In this document: positions 27,430 through 36,525 of the stretch, piece after piece
Numbering within the stretch: position 1 is the stretch's first letter
Layout: each line of letters starts with the position of its first letter
NCBI GenBank assembly: GCA_021163365.1
Contig: JAGGWW010000007.1
Coordinates: 13,929 to 77,928, forward strand
Direction: 5' to 3'
Origin: Nanobdellota archaeon
GTDB taxonomy: Archaea > Nanobdellota > Nanobdellia > CSSed11-243R1
Length of the DNA: 64,000 nucleotides
The notes under the pieces: model-generated
What the model was told of the DNA's origin: nothing
Databases searched by the model: none
The model's input: only the letters and a program-made list of their open reading frames with translations
Translations under genes and position numbers: made by a program

Positions 27430-28159
27430 AAGAGCGCCAAAAGAAATTATATGCAGTTTTATAATCTTTTCTTCTTACACATTCTAAACCAGCTTCATTA
27501 AGAACGCGTGCTTTTTTACTTCTTAATTTTAATTCTTGTGTTGCATAACCACCAGTTAATTGAAGAGCGATCTCACAACACATATAAGCATCATCAAATT
27601 TTTTCTCTTCAATTAAGTTTTCAATTGCAGTATAGTATGGCTGAAGAATATCATATATTATCTCTTCATTTGTTTCTTTTCTTGTAAAAATCCTAACTTC
27701 TTTATGTTGTGCATCACCATCTTCATAAGCTGGGTCAAATAATAAGAATTTATCTTCATTAAACATAACACCAGCGCAAACATGCCCTGGATTAGTTATT
27801 TTTTCTCCATATTCATCAACATAAACTCTCACAATCCTTGCATCTAAGCCAACAGATTTTGCTAAAGCAACATACACTCTTGTCATAGAATAGCATGTTC
27901 CTTCCTTATGTTGAAGAGCATATAATATTGCACTTTTTCCATTTATCTCATCATTGTTATTTTTATATTTAATGTTATCAACAATCCAAGTATGTATTGC
28001 GTATGCTTTTACTCGCGAATCCTTTATTCCTTGCGTTATTTGATTTGCTAATAGAACAAGCTCTATTGGAATCTTTGGGATTGGCTCAGTGGTGTCTATC
28101 TCAATAAATCTCTTTGGGTTTGTTAGATGTATATTTCTAACTAAATCATCGAGGTGCAT
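27347..28159 (-). CDS. Transglutaminase-like cysteine-protease-fold protein, paralogue 1, with a C-terminal helical region
   Basis: Cys (EGTCYSMT), His (NPGHVCAGV) and Asp (FLLFDPAY) in the order and spacing of the transglutaminase-like core. Confidence 0.6.
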   Translation of the reverse strand: MHLDDLVRNIHLTNPKRFIEIDTTEPIPKIPIELVLLANQITQGIKDSRVKAYAIHTWIVDNIKYKNNNDEINGKSAILYALQHKEGTCYSMTRVYVALAKSVGLDARIVRVYVDEYGEKITNPGHVCAGVMFNEDKFLLFDPAYEDGDAQHKEVRIFTRKETNEEIIYDILQPYYTAIENLIEEKKFDDAYMCCEIALQLTGGYATQELKLRSKKARVLNEAGLECVRRKDYKTAYNFFWRSYEILPNSGVYRNMQLVKSLGEMVESLA

Positions 28160-28168
28160 TTAATCACC

Positions 28169-28399
28169 TCATAAATCTCTTAAAATAGCTAAGCCAGTAA
28201 TTATTGAAGTTAGTGCAACACTTGTTGTTGCAATTGCTTTATAATCAATACCATATATTGCTCCGTCTGGAATTGGCAAATAACCATAGAGATAATTCAT
28301 AACCTTTGAAGCGAATTCTGGTGAATACAACATGTATCCACCCATTCCAACTCCACCTACACCAATTCCAAGTTTCATTTTATTAAGCAAACCCATCAT
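28169..28399 (-). CDS. Small Gly-rich membrane protein (76 aa)
   Basis: GIGVGGVGMGGYML… and a C-terminal TM helix. 9 nt upstream of the transglutaminase-like gene. Confidence 0.4.
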   Translation of the reverse strand: MMGLLNKMKLGIGVGGVGMGGYMLYSPEFASKVMNYLYGYLPIPDGAIYGIDYKAIATTSVALTSIITGLAILRDL

Positions 28400-28512
28400 C
28401 CCACCTCACAAATAATTCAAAGTCAAATTTACGCGTGCAGCTATTGCATAGGGTTATGCCTTCTTTTTTCTTTGTTTCACATTCACTTTTACAAAAAACG
28501 CACTTTTCCAAA

Positions 28513-29688
28513 TTAACTCACCTGTTTCCTGTGTTCATCAATTTTATTAACTAATTCTTCTAAATCTTTGAACTCCTCAGAAACCTTGTCTTTGTGCCTT
28601 TTGTATTCATCAACCCATCTGTATAATGACGAGCGTGTGTCTTTAATTACCTCAACTAAATCAGCGTGACATAGTTTTCTACTTGGGTCTTTAATGTGTT
28701 CTTTTAAAGCCCTTCTTCCTGCTTCTGCACATATTGCTGTTATATCTGATGATGCATAGTATTGCGTCATTCTTGCTAATTCATCATAATTAATATCATT
28801 TGAAACTAACAACCCGTCAAGTGATAATTTAAACAATTCTTTTCTTGCTTCAAAATCTAATGGGTCAACTCTTATATGATAGCCAAATCTACCAGACCTT
28901 AAAAGAGCTGAGTCAATTCCCCAAACCTTGTTTGTTGTTCCAACAACTAAGACTGATTTTCCTGTTATTATATCAAATGATGATAAAAACTGATTAACTA
29001 ATCTTTGAGCATAAGATGACCTATTTCCACTTCTCGACATTCCTATTCCATCTATTTCATCAAAAACAATTATTGCTGGTTCTTTTTCTGCTGCTTCTTC
29101 AAAAACTCTTTTTAGATTCTTTTCGCTAACTCCAACGTATGAACTTAAAACACTGCTTGCATCAATGTAAAGAAATGTCACTTTCTTGCCTAATCTTTTA
29201 CTTGCTTCTCCTGCTGCAGCTTTTGCTATGTATGTTTTTCCACAGCCTGGTGGACCATACAATATTATTCCGCTTGCCATGTAATCCTTTTTTACAAACT
29301 TGAAAAACAAATCTGGATTTTCTAATGGCAATATTATTGCATTGTAGAACCTGTCTTTTACTTCTTGCATACCAGCAACTTTGTCAAATGTTAAATCTGG
29401 AATTTCTACTTCAAATGATTTTACAACATCTTCTTTATCATCTCCTTCTCTAATTGCTGTTTTCTTTGGTGCTGACAATGCTTGAGCTTTTGCTTTACAT
29501 ATTTCAATTTGATTTTGAAATGCATTTATTGCTGTTTCATCTTTGCATAACTTTGTTGCTTTCAAAAGCTCTTGAGCTGCTCTTATGTAATTAATCGCTG
29601 CTTGATTGTAATTTTTAGTAGCTTCTTGTTCTCTTGCTATTTTTACATATTCATTCGCTGCTGCAACATGAGGTGTGTATGAGTCCAA
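28513..29688 (-). CDS. MIT-domain AAA+ ATPase of the Vps4/CdvC-spastin-katanin ('meiotic') clade
   Basis: The N-terminal three-helix region (AAANEYVKIAREQEATKNYNQAAINYIRAAQELLKATKL) resembles a MIT domain. Single AAA cassette with Walker A ILYGPPGCGKTY, Walker B IIVFDEID and a second-region-of-homology/Arg-finger segment (…SALLRSGRFGYHI). Confidence 0.8.
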   Translation of the reverse strand: MDSYTPHVAAANEYVKIAREQEATKNYNQAAINYIRAAQELLKATKLCKDETAINAFQNQIEICKAKAQALSAPKKTAIREGDDKEDVVKSFEVEIPDLTFDKVAGMQEVKDRFYNAIILPLENPDLFFKFVKKDYMASGIILYGPPGCGKTYIAKAAAGEASKRLGKKVTFLYIDASSVLSSYVGVSEKNLKRVFEEAAEKEPAIIVFDEIDGIGMSRSGNRSSYAQRLVNQFLSSFDIITGKSVLVVGTTNKVWGIDSALLRSGRFGYHIRVDPLDFEARKELFKLSLDGLLVSNDINYDELARMTQYYASSDITAICAEAGRRALKEHIKDPSRKLCHADLVEVIKDTRSSLYRWVDEYKRHKDKVSEEFKDLEELVNKIDEHRKQVS

Positions 29689-30245
29689 ATGATCACCTCC
29701 TTTTTAAATCCAAGAAGCTCTTCAAGGTCTTCTTCAAGTTTATTTATTTCTAGCCGCTGTGGTGAGACTTCGTTTGAGAGATATTCTTCCATTAGTTCTT
29801 TTCCTCTATAGGGCTTTAACATGGATTCTCGCTGCGAAATAAACAGCAGATCTAAAAAAAATTCCCTTAATTCTTCAGCTGCCGTAAAACCACGCTTAAT
29901 AGTATACCTATCACTAGCAGAGTTTTCTATCGAATACCTTAATCCTTCGATTATTTTTTTAAGTGCAACCACATAAAACTCTAATGCGCATGTATTCTTT
30001 ACATACCTAGCATGTGTAGTCATCCTTTCTGCTAAGAAATCCCAATATTTCTCTGCTTCCTCTAGTTTTCCTTCGTCTGTTAGAGCCTCTGCCTTTGGCC
30101 GTATTGTGTCTATTTCTCTTCTTAATGTTCTTACTGATGTAACATAGCGTGTTAGTTTTTCTGATGCTTCTTCAAATCTCTCTTCCAGCTCTCTAATTTT
30201 TCTCCTGTACCATAACGCCATGAAAAAACCAAACATACGCACCAC
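29643..30245 (-). CDS. Coiled-coil protein, candidate ESCRT-III/Snf7-PspA-superfamily member (paralogue of 30259..30840)
   Basis: N-terminal amphipathic MVRMFGFFMALW. Shares LTDEGKLEEAEKYWDFLAERM with its neighbour. Acidic C-terminus with EEDLEELLGF. Overlaps the AAA gene start by 46 nt. Confidence 0.45.
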   Translation of the reverse strand: MVRMFGFFMALWYRRKIRELEERFEEASEKLTRYVTSVRTLRREIDTIRPKAEALTDEGKLEEAEKYWDFLAERMTTHARYVKNTCALEFYVVALKKIIEGLRYSIENSASDRYTIKRGFTAAEELREFFLDLLFISQRESMLKPYRGKELMEEYLSNEVSPQRLEINKLEEDLEELLGFKKEVIIWTHTHLMLQQRMNM

Positions 30246-30258
30246 TGTTTAACGTTGT

Positions 30259-30840
30259 TTATGCAACAGCGCCTTGTAATTGTTGAAGTTGTCTCTCTAA
30301 TTCGCTTTCTTGTGTTTGTATTTGTGATTCTCTTGCTTGTTTCTTTTTCAAATATTCTTGCATTAGTTGTTCTCCTTCTGTTGTCAATTGTGTATCTATT
30401 ATGTAATCCCTAGAATATGTATGTACTTCCTCTGCACTTTCTACATCATTCAAAACAGCCTCTATTCCATCGTCCCTTTCTCCAATCTTTGCTTTTTTCT
30501 TTTTTATCCTCTTCAAAGCACGTTTAGCAATGCGTTCTAATTTCTTTGTGTTGTATTGAGTGTCCATTAATTCATTACCAATTTTTTGTGAAGCAACCTC
30601 CCATGCTCTTCTTTTCCTCTCATATAATTCAAACTGCTTCTTTGCTTTTGCTACTTGATTCCAATACCTCTTTGCTTCATCTAATCTTCCTTCATCTGTT
30701 AATTGCTCTGCAAGTGTTCTGTTGTAATCCATGTTAGCTTTTGCTGTTCTTGCTTTTTGTTCGTACGTTTTTGCCACTGCTCTTGCGCTTTCCAAGTCAG
30801 CTGGTTTCACATAGCCAAGTAAGCTAAATAACCCCAACAT
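30259..30840 (-). CDS. Coiled-coil protein, candidate ESCRT-III/Snf7-PspA-superfamily member with a MIM1-like C-terminal helix
   Basis: N-terminal MLGLFSLLGY. A basic helical hairpin (…KRRAWEVASQKIGNE…KRALKRIKKKKAK), then an acidic tail ending SELERQLQQLQGAVA (L-x-R-x-L-x-x-L, close to MIM1 D/ExxLxxRLxxL[KR]). Conserved LTDEGRLDEAKRYW with the neighbour. Confidence 0.45.
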   Translation of the reverse strand: MLGLFSLLGYVKPADLESARAVAKTYEQKARTAKANMDYNRTLAEQLTDEGRLDEAKRYWNQVAKAKKQFELYERKRRAWEVASQKIGNELMDTQYNTKKLERIAKRALKRIKKKKAKIGERDDGIEAVLNDVESAEEVHTYSRDYIIDTQLTTEGEQLMQEYLKKKQARESQIQTQESELERQLQQLQGAVA

Positions 30841-30844
30841 CTTT

Positions 30845-31873
30845 TTACACCTCCTTTTTTATTAGATATCCCTCTCCAAGAGGGAAGAGCATGGTTTTTT
30901 CTAAGTGCCTTAAAGATTTCTTAGATAGATTTAAATCATGTGTTAAAAACCTCTTAGAAACAACATCGTTTTTTGCATTTTCTTTTATTACGTCATAAAT
31001 TGATTTAAATCTATCATCAGTAAAATAAACTTTGTAGTAACCTGCAGCTGTATCTTTTTCGTTATATATAAGTGTGTTGCTCGATAGTTCATAAATGAAT
31101 ACTGGATAACTACCAAAGTACCCATTTACAAATTCTTTCAATTCATCGCTTGCTTTTTGAACAACATAACAAGTGATTTCTTTTTTCTTTGACTTCTTAG
31201 TTATCTCATCCATTGTTGGTTCTTTATTTTTATATTCGCAAACAATTTTGAAATCTTTATGTTTGCCGATAACCTTTTTTTCTTTTTTATTATATGTAAC
31301 CTTTAATTTTCCTGTTAAAATCTCGCCTTTTGGGTATGGAACATAGTCTGGAGGAAATCTTTCTAACTTTGAATAAACTTTTAACAAATAGTGCGACTCG
31401 TCCTCACGTTCTTTTTCCTCTTTAAGAATGTAAACATCATTTAATTCAATTGATTTCTTTACCTTTTGTAATTCACGTGAAAATTCCGTTAGTAAATAAT
31501 CACCAAACAACTTTCTTGATTTTCTAATATAATCTGCGTTTGCTGTTTTTTTAACTAATGAGATTCTTTCATGAACAGCTTCTAAGAGTTCTTTTTGTTC
31601 TTTTCTTTCATCATATGTTTCTCCAATTATCAAATTATCAACATTAGACTTTAATGTAAGAACATCCATTCTAATATCTGATAAAGAGTTCCAATACTTT
31701 GTCCAATCTTCATCTTTGTTTAAATAAATCTCTTTTCTTGTTGATTCAACTAATGTTTCTAATGAATCCAAATCCTTAGCTATCTTGTTTGACAAATCTA
31801 TTATTTTCTTTTCATATCTCCACGACATAAACTTCTTGTAAACACCTTCAATTAACAATAGGGCCAAACTCAT
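30845..31873 (-). CDS. Membrane-anchored hypothetical protein (342 aa)
   Basis: Single N-terminal TM (SLALLLIEGVYKKF), then a K/E-rich soluble region. Overlaps the upstream gene by 26 nt. Confidence 0.45.
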   Translation of the reverse strand: MSLALLLIEGVYKKFMSWRYEKKIIDLSNKIAKDLDSLETLVESTRKEIYLNKDEDWTKYWNSLSDIRMDVLTLKSNVDNLIIGETYDERKEQKELLEAVHERISLVKKTANADYIRKSRKLFGDYLLTEFSRELQKVKKSIELNDVYILKEEKEREDESHYLLKVYSKLERFPPDYVPYPKGEILTGKLKVTYNKKEKKVIGKHKDFKIVCEYKNKEPTMDEITKKSKKKEITCYVVQKASDELKEFVNGYFGSYPVFIYELSSNTLIYNEKDTAAGYYKVYFTDDRFKSIYDVIKENAKNDVVSKRFLTHDLNLSKKSLRHLEKTMLFPLGEGYLIKKEV

Positions 31874-33026
31874 CTTCTACCCCCCTTAGGATTTGTTCGA
31901 AGGTTCTTCTAAAGTAAGACTTAACTTTATTTTCATCAAGACGAGGGTCAAAAGCACTTACTAAGTTGCCTAAGCCATCACCATATTTCTCAGAAAGCTC
32001 TTTAATAGCGTTCTCCCTTCCCTTAAAGATTGTATTTAGAATATCAATAAGTTCATCTCTTGTAATTCCACTTCTTGCTTTTTCAACTGCAGAGGTAAGT
32101 TGTTCTATTTTTCCTTCAATCGTATCTATTTCTTCTGCACTAACGCCTTTAATAGCATCTATCTTTTTTTCAAGCTCGTAAATAGCGCTGTAAACATCTC
32201 TTAACAACCTTTCTTCTACTTCGCTTTGATTATCAACAGCATGCTGAAGTTTGTCAAGCTCTTCTTCAATTTTATACAATCTTTCATTGTATTTTTCTTT
32301 TGCAATTGTTTGCTTTAATCTATCTATGTCTTGTTTGATTTCACTTAATCCGACGTCTAAAACCTTTGCAAGTTCTTCATTTGATTTATAAAGACTTGAT
32401 ATTTCTCCTTCTAAAACACGAACTTTTCTTTCTAAATTTCTAGGCACTTCTTGATACTCATCTAACTTATTCTCAAGTATCCGTTGAGCAGAAAAAACAG
32501 CTTCTTTTATAGAATTTTCAACATCTTCCAATTCCTTTTGTGAAACCATTGTTTTGTTTTTATAATTGAAAACAAATTGCGAATCAATTAATTTTATACC
32601 CATATTTGACATAGCGTAAGACATCTTAGTGTGTGCATGTGCTTCAAATTCATTTTTTGAATCAACTATTTCCTCCAAACTCTTTGTTTGTAAATAGTCA
32701 TCAGCTATTGCCTTTGTTTTGCTAAACATAATTCCATCTAAGCACTCTTGTGGTGTTTTGTACGATGGAAGCCTTGTTAACAACTTGTTGATGTTTTGAT
32801 ACTCAACTGTGTAAAGTGCAGTAATCTCTATCTCATAACCGTCCTTTGAATAGCTGCTAAAAACATATTTAAGTTCAGAATCCAAATCAGCGTATATCTT
32901 TGCATTTTGTGGCCCAACATATTGCTTCTTTATTTTTCCTTTTTTTCTTTTAGCAACAATTGTTCTTGGAGAAGCAAGGCGCTCCCAGGATTTAACCTCC
33001 ACCCCATTTTTAATTCCCTTTACCAT
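31848..33026 (-). CDS. SPFH/band-7-like protein with a long C-terminal coiled coil (flotillin-like architecture)
   Basis: N-terminal …GPQNAKIYADLDSELKYVFSSYSKDGYEIEITALYTVEYQNINKLL… is compatible with the SPFH core (TKDnv.v.vd.vv.yrv.d). Residues about 170-330 are heptad-rich. Confidence 0.4.
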   Translation of the reverse strand: MVKGIKNGVEVKSWERLASPRTIVAKRKKGKIKKQYVGPQNAKIYADLDSELKYVFSSYSKDGYEIEITALYTVEYQNINKLLTRLPSYKTPQECLDGIMFSKTKAIADDYLQTKSLEEIVDSKNEFEAHAHTKMSYAMSNMGIKLIDSQFVFNYKNKTMVSQKELEDVENSIKEAVFSAQRILENKLDEYQEVPRNLERKVRVLEGEISSLYKSNEELAKVLDVGLSEIKQDIDRLKQTIAKEKYNERLYKIEEELDKLQHAVDNQSEVEERLLRDVYSAIYELEKKIDAIKGVSAEEIDTIEGKIEQLTSAVEKARSGITRDELIDILNTIFKGRENAIKELSEKYGDGLGNLVSAFDPRLDENKVKSYFRRTFEQILRGVEDEFGPIVN

Positions 33027-33142
33027 TTCAGCTTACCTCCCATTAATTTTAAGAAATAGCTAATATAATCATGAATACAATTGAATACATCTTAAGAAAA
33101 ATAAAAATGTTTGAAAAAAATTTCAGAAAACAGGTCATTGAG

Positions 33143-34222
33143 CTAGTTTAAATTTGGATTTTTAACGTAAAACCCGTATTTATCTTTGTATTTTGCATAT
33201 ATAGAATAAGCTTTCCTTAAAGCTTCATTTTTTAAAGATGGGTTTTTATCAGCAAAGCTTTCTAAAGCATCTTGTATGCCTCTTAAATCTTTTAATCCTT
33301 CTTTTACAGCTTTTTTATAATACTTTATCCCTTTTCTTAAATGTGATTTGTCATTGCCTTTCAAAAGATGATATATAGATGCGACTTCATATGCAAATGC
33401 GCTGTTGATTCTGAATAAAATATTGATTAACTCTTCTGCATGAGGCTCATCAAACTTTTCAATGGTAGAAACAATGGTTTCAGTTAAACACATATTTTCT
33501 CCAACTACTTGTTTTGCTTTGTTAACGATGTAGTCTTCAAAAAAGAGGAGAGTGTTATTGTTGCAAATCCTCTTAAAAACTTCAGCAAAAGATACAAAGT
33601 CTTTTATATACTTATCATACACTTCTTGTACCAATTCTATTGCTTTATCTGAAATATACATATCAACATCATCTATCGTATCAGCAATTTCAAGAAATTT
33701 TTCACCATCCAATGTAACACCATTGTTAATGAGGGTTTTAATTGTGCGTTCTTTTATAACATCATCATCTATATCTTTAAGCACTTTAATATCTTTAGTA
33801 ATAAGAATATAACTAGCGTACATATCTGCTGCTTCTAGAGGATACCAACATGTCTTCGCGGTATATAAAAGTCCTAATGTTGTATTTGGACCCACGCTTC
33901 TTTCTAATTCCTTCTTTAAGTCAATGTTGTTCATTGCAACGTAAATGTCCATAAACAATGAAAGGTTTACGTTAACATACTTACGTAGCAAATCTATTAA
34001 TGGCTGCTTTTCATTAACAAACTCCAATTCTCTAATAAGTGCTAATAAATCTGACTTATGCAGATAGGATACTTTTCCATCTCTCAAAAGATTCTTAATC
34101 CATGCCTGTAGCAAATTCTTATAATCTTCTTCATCCAATCCAAGTTCTTCGTGCGAATATTTCCAAGGCTCCCAATTTGGATTAGATTTGTACATAGTAT
34201 CTAAAATTTCTTCCAATTCCAT
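33143..34222 (-). CDS. Unknown-family protein, tandem paralogue C (NWEPWKYS…GL…DY N-terminal motif)
   Basis: Shares an N-terminal W-x-P-W-K-x-S-x-x-x-x-G-L-x-x-x-D-Y block and a C-terminal Y.KA(V/L)K.G(L/W)..L..IQ..L..FA………AL..I..IY block with 34667..35710 and 35704..36525. Confidence 0.5.
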   Translation of the reverse strand: MELEEILDTMYKSNPNWEPWKYSHEELGLDEEDYKNLLQAWIKNLLRDGKVSYLHKSDLLALIRELEFVNEKQPLIDLLRKYVNVNLSLFMDIYVAMNNIDLKKELERSVGPNTTLGLLYTAKTCWYPLEAADMYASYILITKDIKVLKDIDDDVIKERTIKTLINNGVTLDGEKFLEIADTIDDVDMYISDKAIELVQEVYDKYIKDFVSFAEVFKRICNNNTLLFFEDYIVNKAKQVVGENMCLTETIVSTIEKFDEPHAEELINILFRINSAFAYEVASIYHLLKGNDKSHLRKGIKYYKKAVKEGLKDLRGIQDALESFADKNPSLKNEALRKAYSIYAKYKDKYGFYVKNPNLN

Positions 34223-34657
34223 TTAAACCACTGGCTTAAGACTTTTTAGATAAACCAAAGCAATCTCATAATCTCTTCCGCTTAATTCTTTTTTCGCATA
34301 TGATTTTAAACGTTCAACATCTTCTTTTCTTAAAAATGGATGAACAAATCTTTCTCTTTTTGAGTTATCCACATAGAAAATTCCTTCTTCTCCACTTAAA
34401 GTAAAAATAATCATATCTAAAGATGGTTTTTTAGATAAATAATCAACAAACCCTTTTCTATTCCCAACAACTTGCTCTGCGTTATTTATAAAATCATGCA
34501 TATCCTTAACTAATCTTTGAAAGTAATTATCAAAAACATGGCTTGCTTGTTTTTCTAAAATATTTTTCAAATTTAACTTATCACTTTCGCACATTTGCTC
34601 AACATTTAAAGGAATACCTTTCAAAAAATTTGATAAATATCTTTCAATCTCTACCAT
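34223..34657 (-). CDS. Hypothetical protein (144 aa)
   Basis: ORF. Stop abuts the start of paralogue C, and the start lies 9 nt after paralogue B. Confidence 0.45.
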   Translation of the reverse strand: MVEIERYLSNFLKGIPLNVEQMCESDKLNLKNILEKQASHVFDNYFQRLVKDMHDFINNAEQVVGNRKGFVDYLSKKPSLDMIIFTLSGEEGIFYVDNSKRERFVHPFLRKEDVERLKSYAKKELSGRDYEIALVYLKSLKPVV

Positions 34658-34666
34658 TTTACCACC

Positions 34667-35710
34667 TCAAACCTTTTTCTTTTTCATGTACTTCTCTATC
34701 TTCTTAGCTGGATTCATTGAATTAAGTAAATAAGACGCAATTCTATCAATGAAAAAGCCCAATGGGAGTGCAAAATAAGTAGTGGAAACAAATGCAAAAT
34801 CAGTGTAATCATAGTAATAATATGTCTCATGAACACCGCTACTATCCCATTCACAAGTATGCGCATATTCGCCTGAAGTAGCTGCAGCAAGTGCTAAAAG
34901 CATTGCTGATTGGATTGCTGCAATCTTAAGTGCAGTTGTTTTATTCCAAACTTCGCTGTACTCCAAATCAAAATCTTCTAAAGAAATAAGCTCTCTTGGG
35001 TTTAATGCAAATTCTGGATTCTTCTTATAAATATTAACTATGCTCCTTAATGCTAAATAAGAGTAGAACCTATTGCTTTGTTTCACATCTTCTGCAAAGT
35101 TATACAATGCCTTTTGAAGAGCTTTTAAACCATCTTTATACTTTAAAGCATTCCAATAATGTGGGAATCCTTTTATTGCCATGCGCTTTCTTTTTCCAAC
35201 CTCTTCATCAGCAGTAAGATGTGCTACTGAAAGCAATATGTGTTTTATTGGATTTTTTGATTTACTTAATAATTTCTCTAATGTCTCAACATCTTCTTTT
35301 TTCAAATCATACAATAAATCAATCTTTTCATTAAGTATAACTTCATTAAGCAAACTGTAGTCATTTGTACTATGAATTACTTCAGCTAATGTAAAGATAC
35401 CTGAGATACCTGTTGAATAAAGCATCTTTACTGATTCATAGCTATTAGCTACAATATCTTCTCTTGGGTTTAACTCTTTAGCTCTTGACATAAGCACATC
35501 AGCGAGCTCGAAAATATCTCTGCTATTTTTTAACAAACCATTATCCAAAGCTCTTTTAGCATATCTATTAAGCAAAAGCAAATAATCTCTTTTTGACAAA
35601 CCAAAGTCCTTTGGTGATTTTTTCCACGGCTTCCATTGAGAATCTTCCATATTTTCGCCAATAATTTTTTCCAAATTTGGGGGCTTGTACATTTCCATTT
35701 TTATCACCAA
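34667..35710 (-). CDS. Unknown-family protein, tandem paralogue B (QWKPWKKSPKDFGLSKRDY), with a hydrophobic C-terminal extension
   Basis: Conserved N- and C-terminal blocks as for paralogues A and C. An extra about 80-aa C-terminus with a hydrophobic segment (ALKIAAIQSAMLLALAAATSG). Confidence 0.5.
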   Translation of the reverse strand: MVIKMEMYKPPNLEKIIGENMEDSQWKPWKKSPKDFGLSKRDYLLLLNRYAKRALDNGLLKNSRDIFELADVLMSRAKELNPREDIVANSYESVKMLYSTGISGIFTLAEVIHSTNDYSLLNEVILNEKIDLLYDLKKEDVETLEKLLSKSKNPIKHILLSVAHLTADEEVGKRKRMAIKGFPHYWNALKYKDGLKALQKALYNFAEDVKQSNRFYSYLALRSIVNIYKKNPEFALNPRELISLEDFDLEYSEVWNKTTALKIAAIQSAMLLALAAATSGEYAHTCEWDSSGVHETYYYYDYTDFAFVSTTYFALPLGFFIDRIASYLLNSMNPAKKIEKYMKKKKV

Positions 35711-36525
35711 TTTTCAAGTATGTAAATAATCTTATCTTTGATTGTTTTTCTTTGGATATATCTGTCAATCAAATTTGCTAAGTTAAAGAAAAACAAACGT
35801 TTATCAAAATAATCTAATTGTATAATATCCTGTGGCTTCTTTGAGTCAAAAGGATTATTTCTGTAAATTTTAACAATCTCCTTAAGTGCAGTTATTGAAA
35901 GTAATGGATGCACTTGCTTAGCAAACTCATGCAGTTCTTCTTGAATCGCAAGAAGATTTTCCCATCCTTTTTTCACAGCTTTGTTTTTATACCAAAGTGC
36001 CTTGTCCAAGCTTAAAAGTTTGTTTGTATTAAGATGATATAGGGATATCAAAAAATAACCAAGGGCTGTTTTTTTCTTTTTTAATCTTTTTATATCCTTT
36101 TTTGAGAACTTTTTAACAATATCTTTGTTTTCCAAAACAAATTTAGTAACTGCATTGTTTTTATATTTTGACTCGCTTCCATGTGTAACCAAATAAACTA
36201 ATGCTTCTTTTTTGTCTTTACTAATCTTTAAATAATCCAGGTATAAATCCTTTGCAGTGCTATGTTCGCCTTGTGCAAGTCTTTCTGCTAAGTCAAATTG
36301 GTAATCAAAACGTTTACGCTCAAAGATGTGTAATTCTAAAATCTTCTCTGCCCAATAGCATAAAAATGAATCAAAATCATCTTTTTTAAGATTAACTTCT
36401 TCAGGTGAAACACTTAAAGGATTCCAATCACTATTATGTTTAAATAATTTATCAACGAGCTCGGGTAATTCATCTTCGTATTTGAATGCATAATCCACTT
36501 TAACCACCAAGATATTTTTCAACAA
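35704..36525 (-). CDS. Unknown-family protein, tandem paralogue A (DWNPLSVSPEEVNLKKDDF)
   Basis: Conserved blocks as above (ALWYKNKAVKKGWENLLAIQEELHEFAKQVHPLLSITALKEIVKIYRNNP). Confidence 0.5.
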   Translation of the reverse strand: MLKNILVVKVDYAFKYEDELPELVDKLFKHNSDWNPLSVSPEEVNLKKDDFDSFLCYWAEKILELHIFERKRFDYQFDLAERLAQGEHSTAKDLYLDYLKISKDKKEALVYLVTHGSESKYKNNAVTKFVLENKDIVKKFSKKDIKRLKKKKTALGYFLISLYHLNTNKLLSLDKALWYKNKAVKKGWENLLAIQEELHEFAKQVHPLLSITALKEIVKIYRNNPFDSKKPQDIIQLDYFDKRLFFFNLANLIDRYIQRKTIKDKIIYILENW

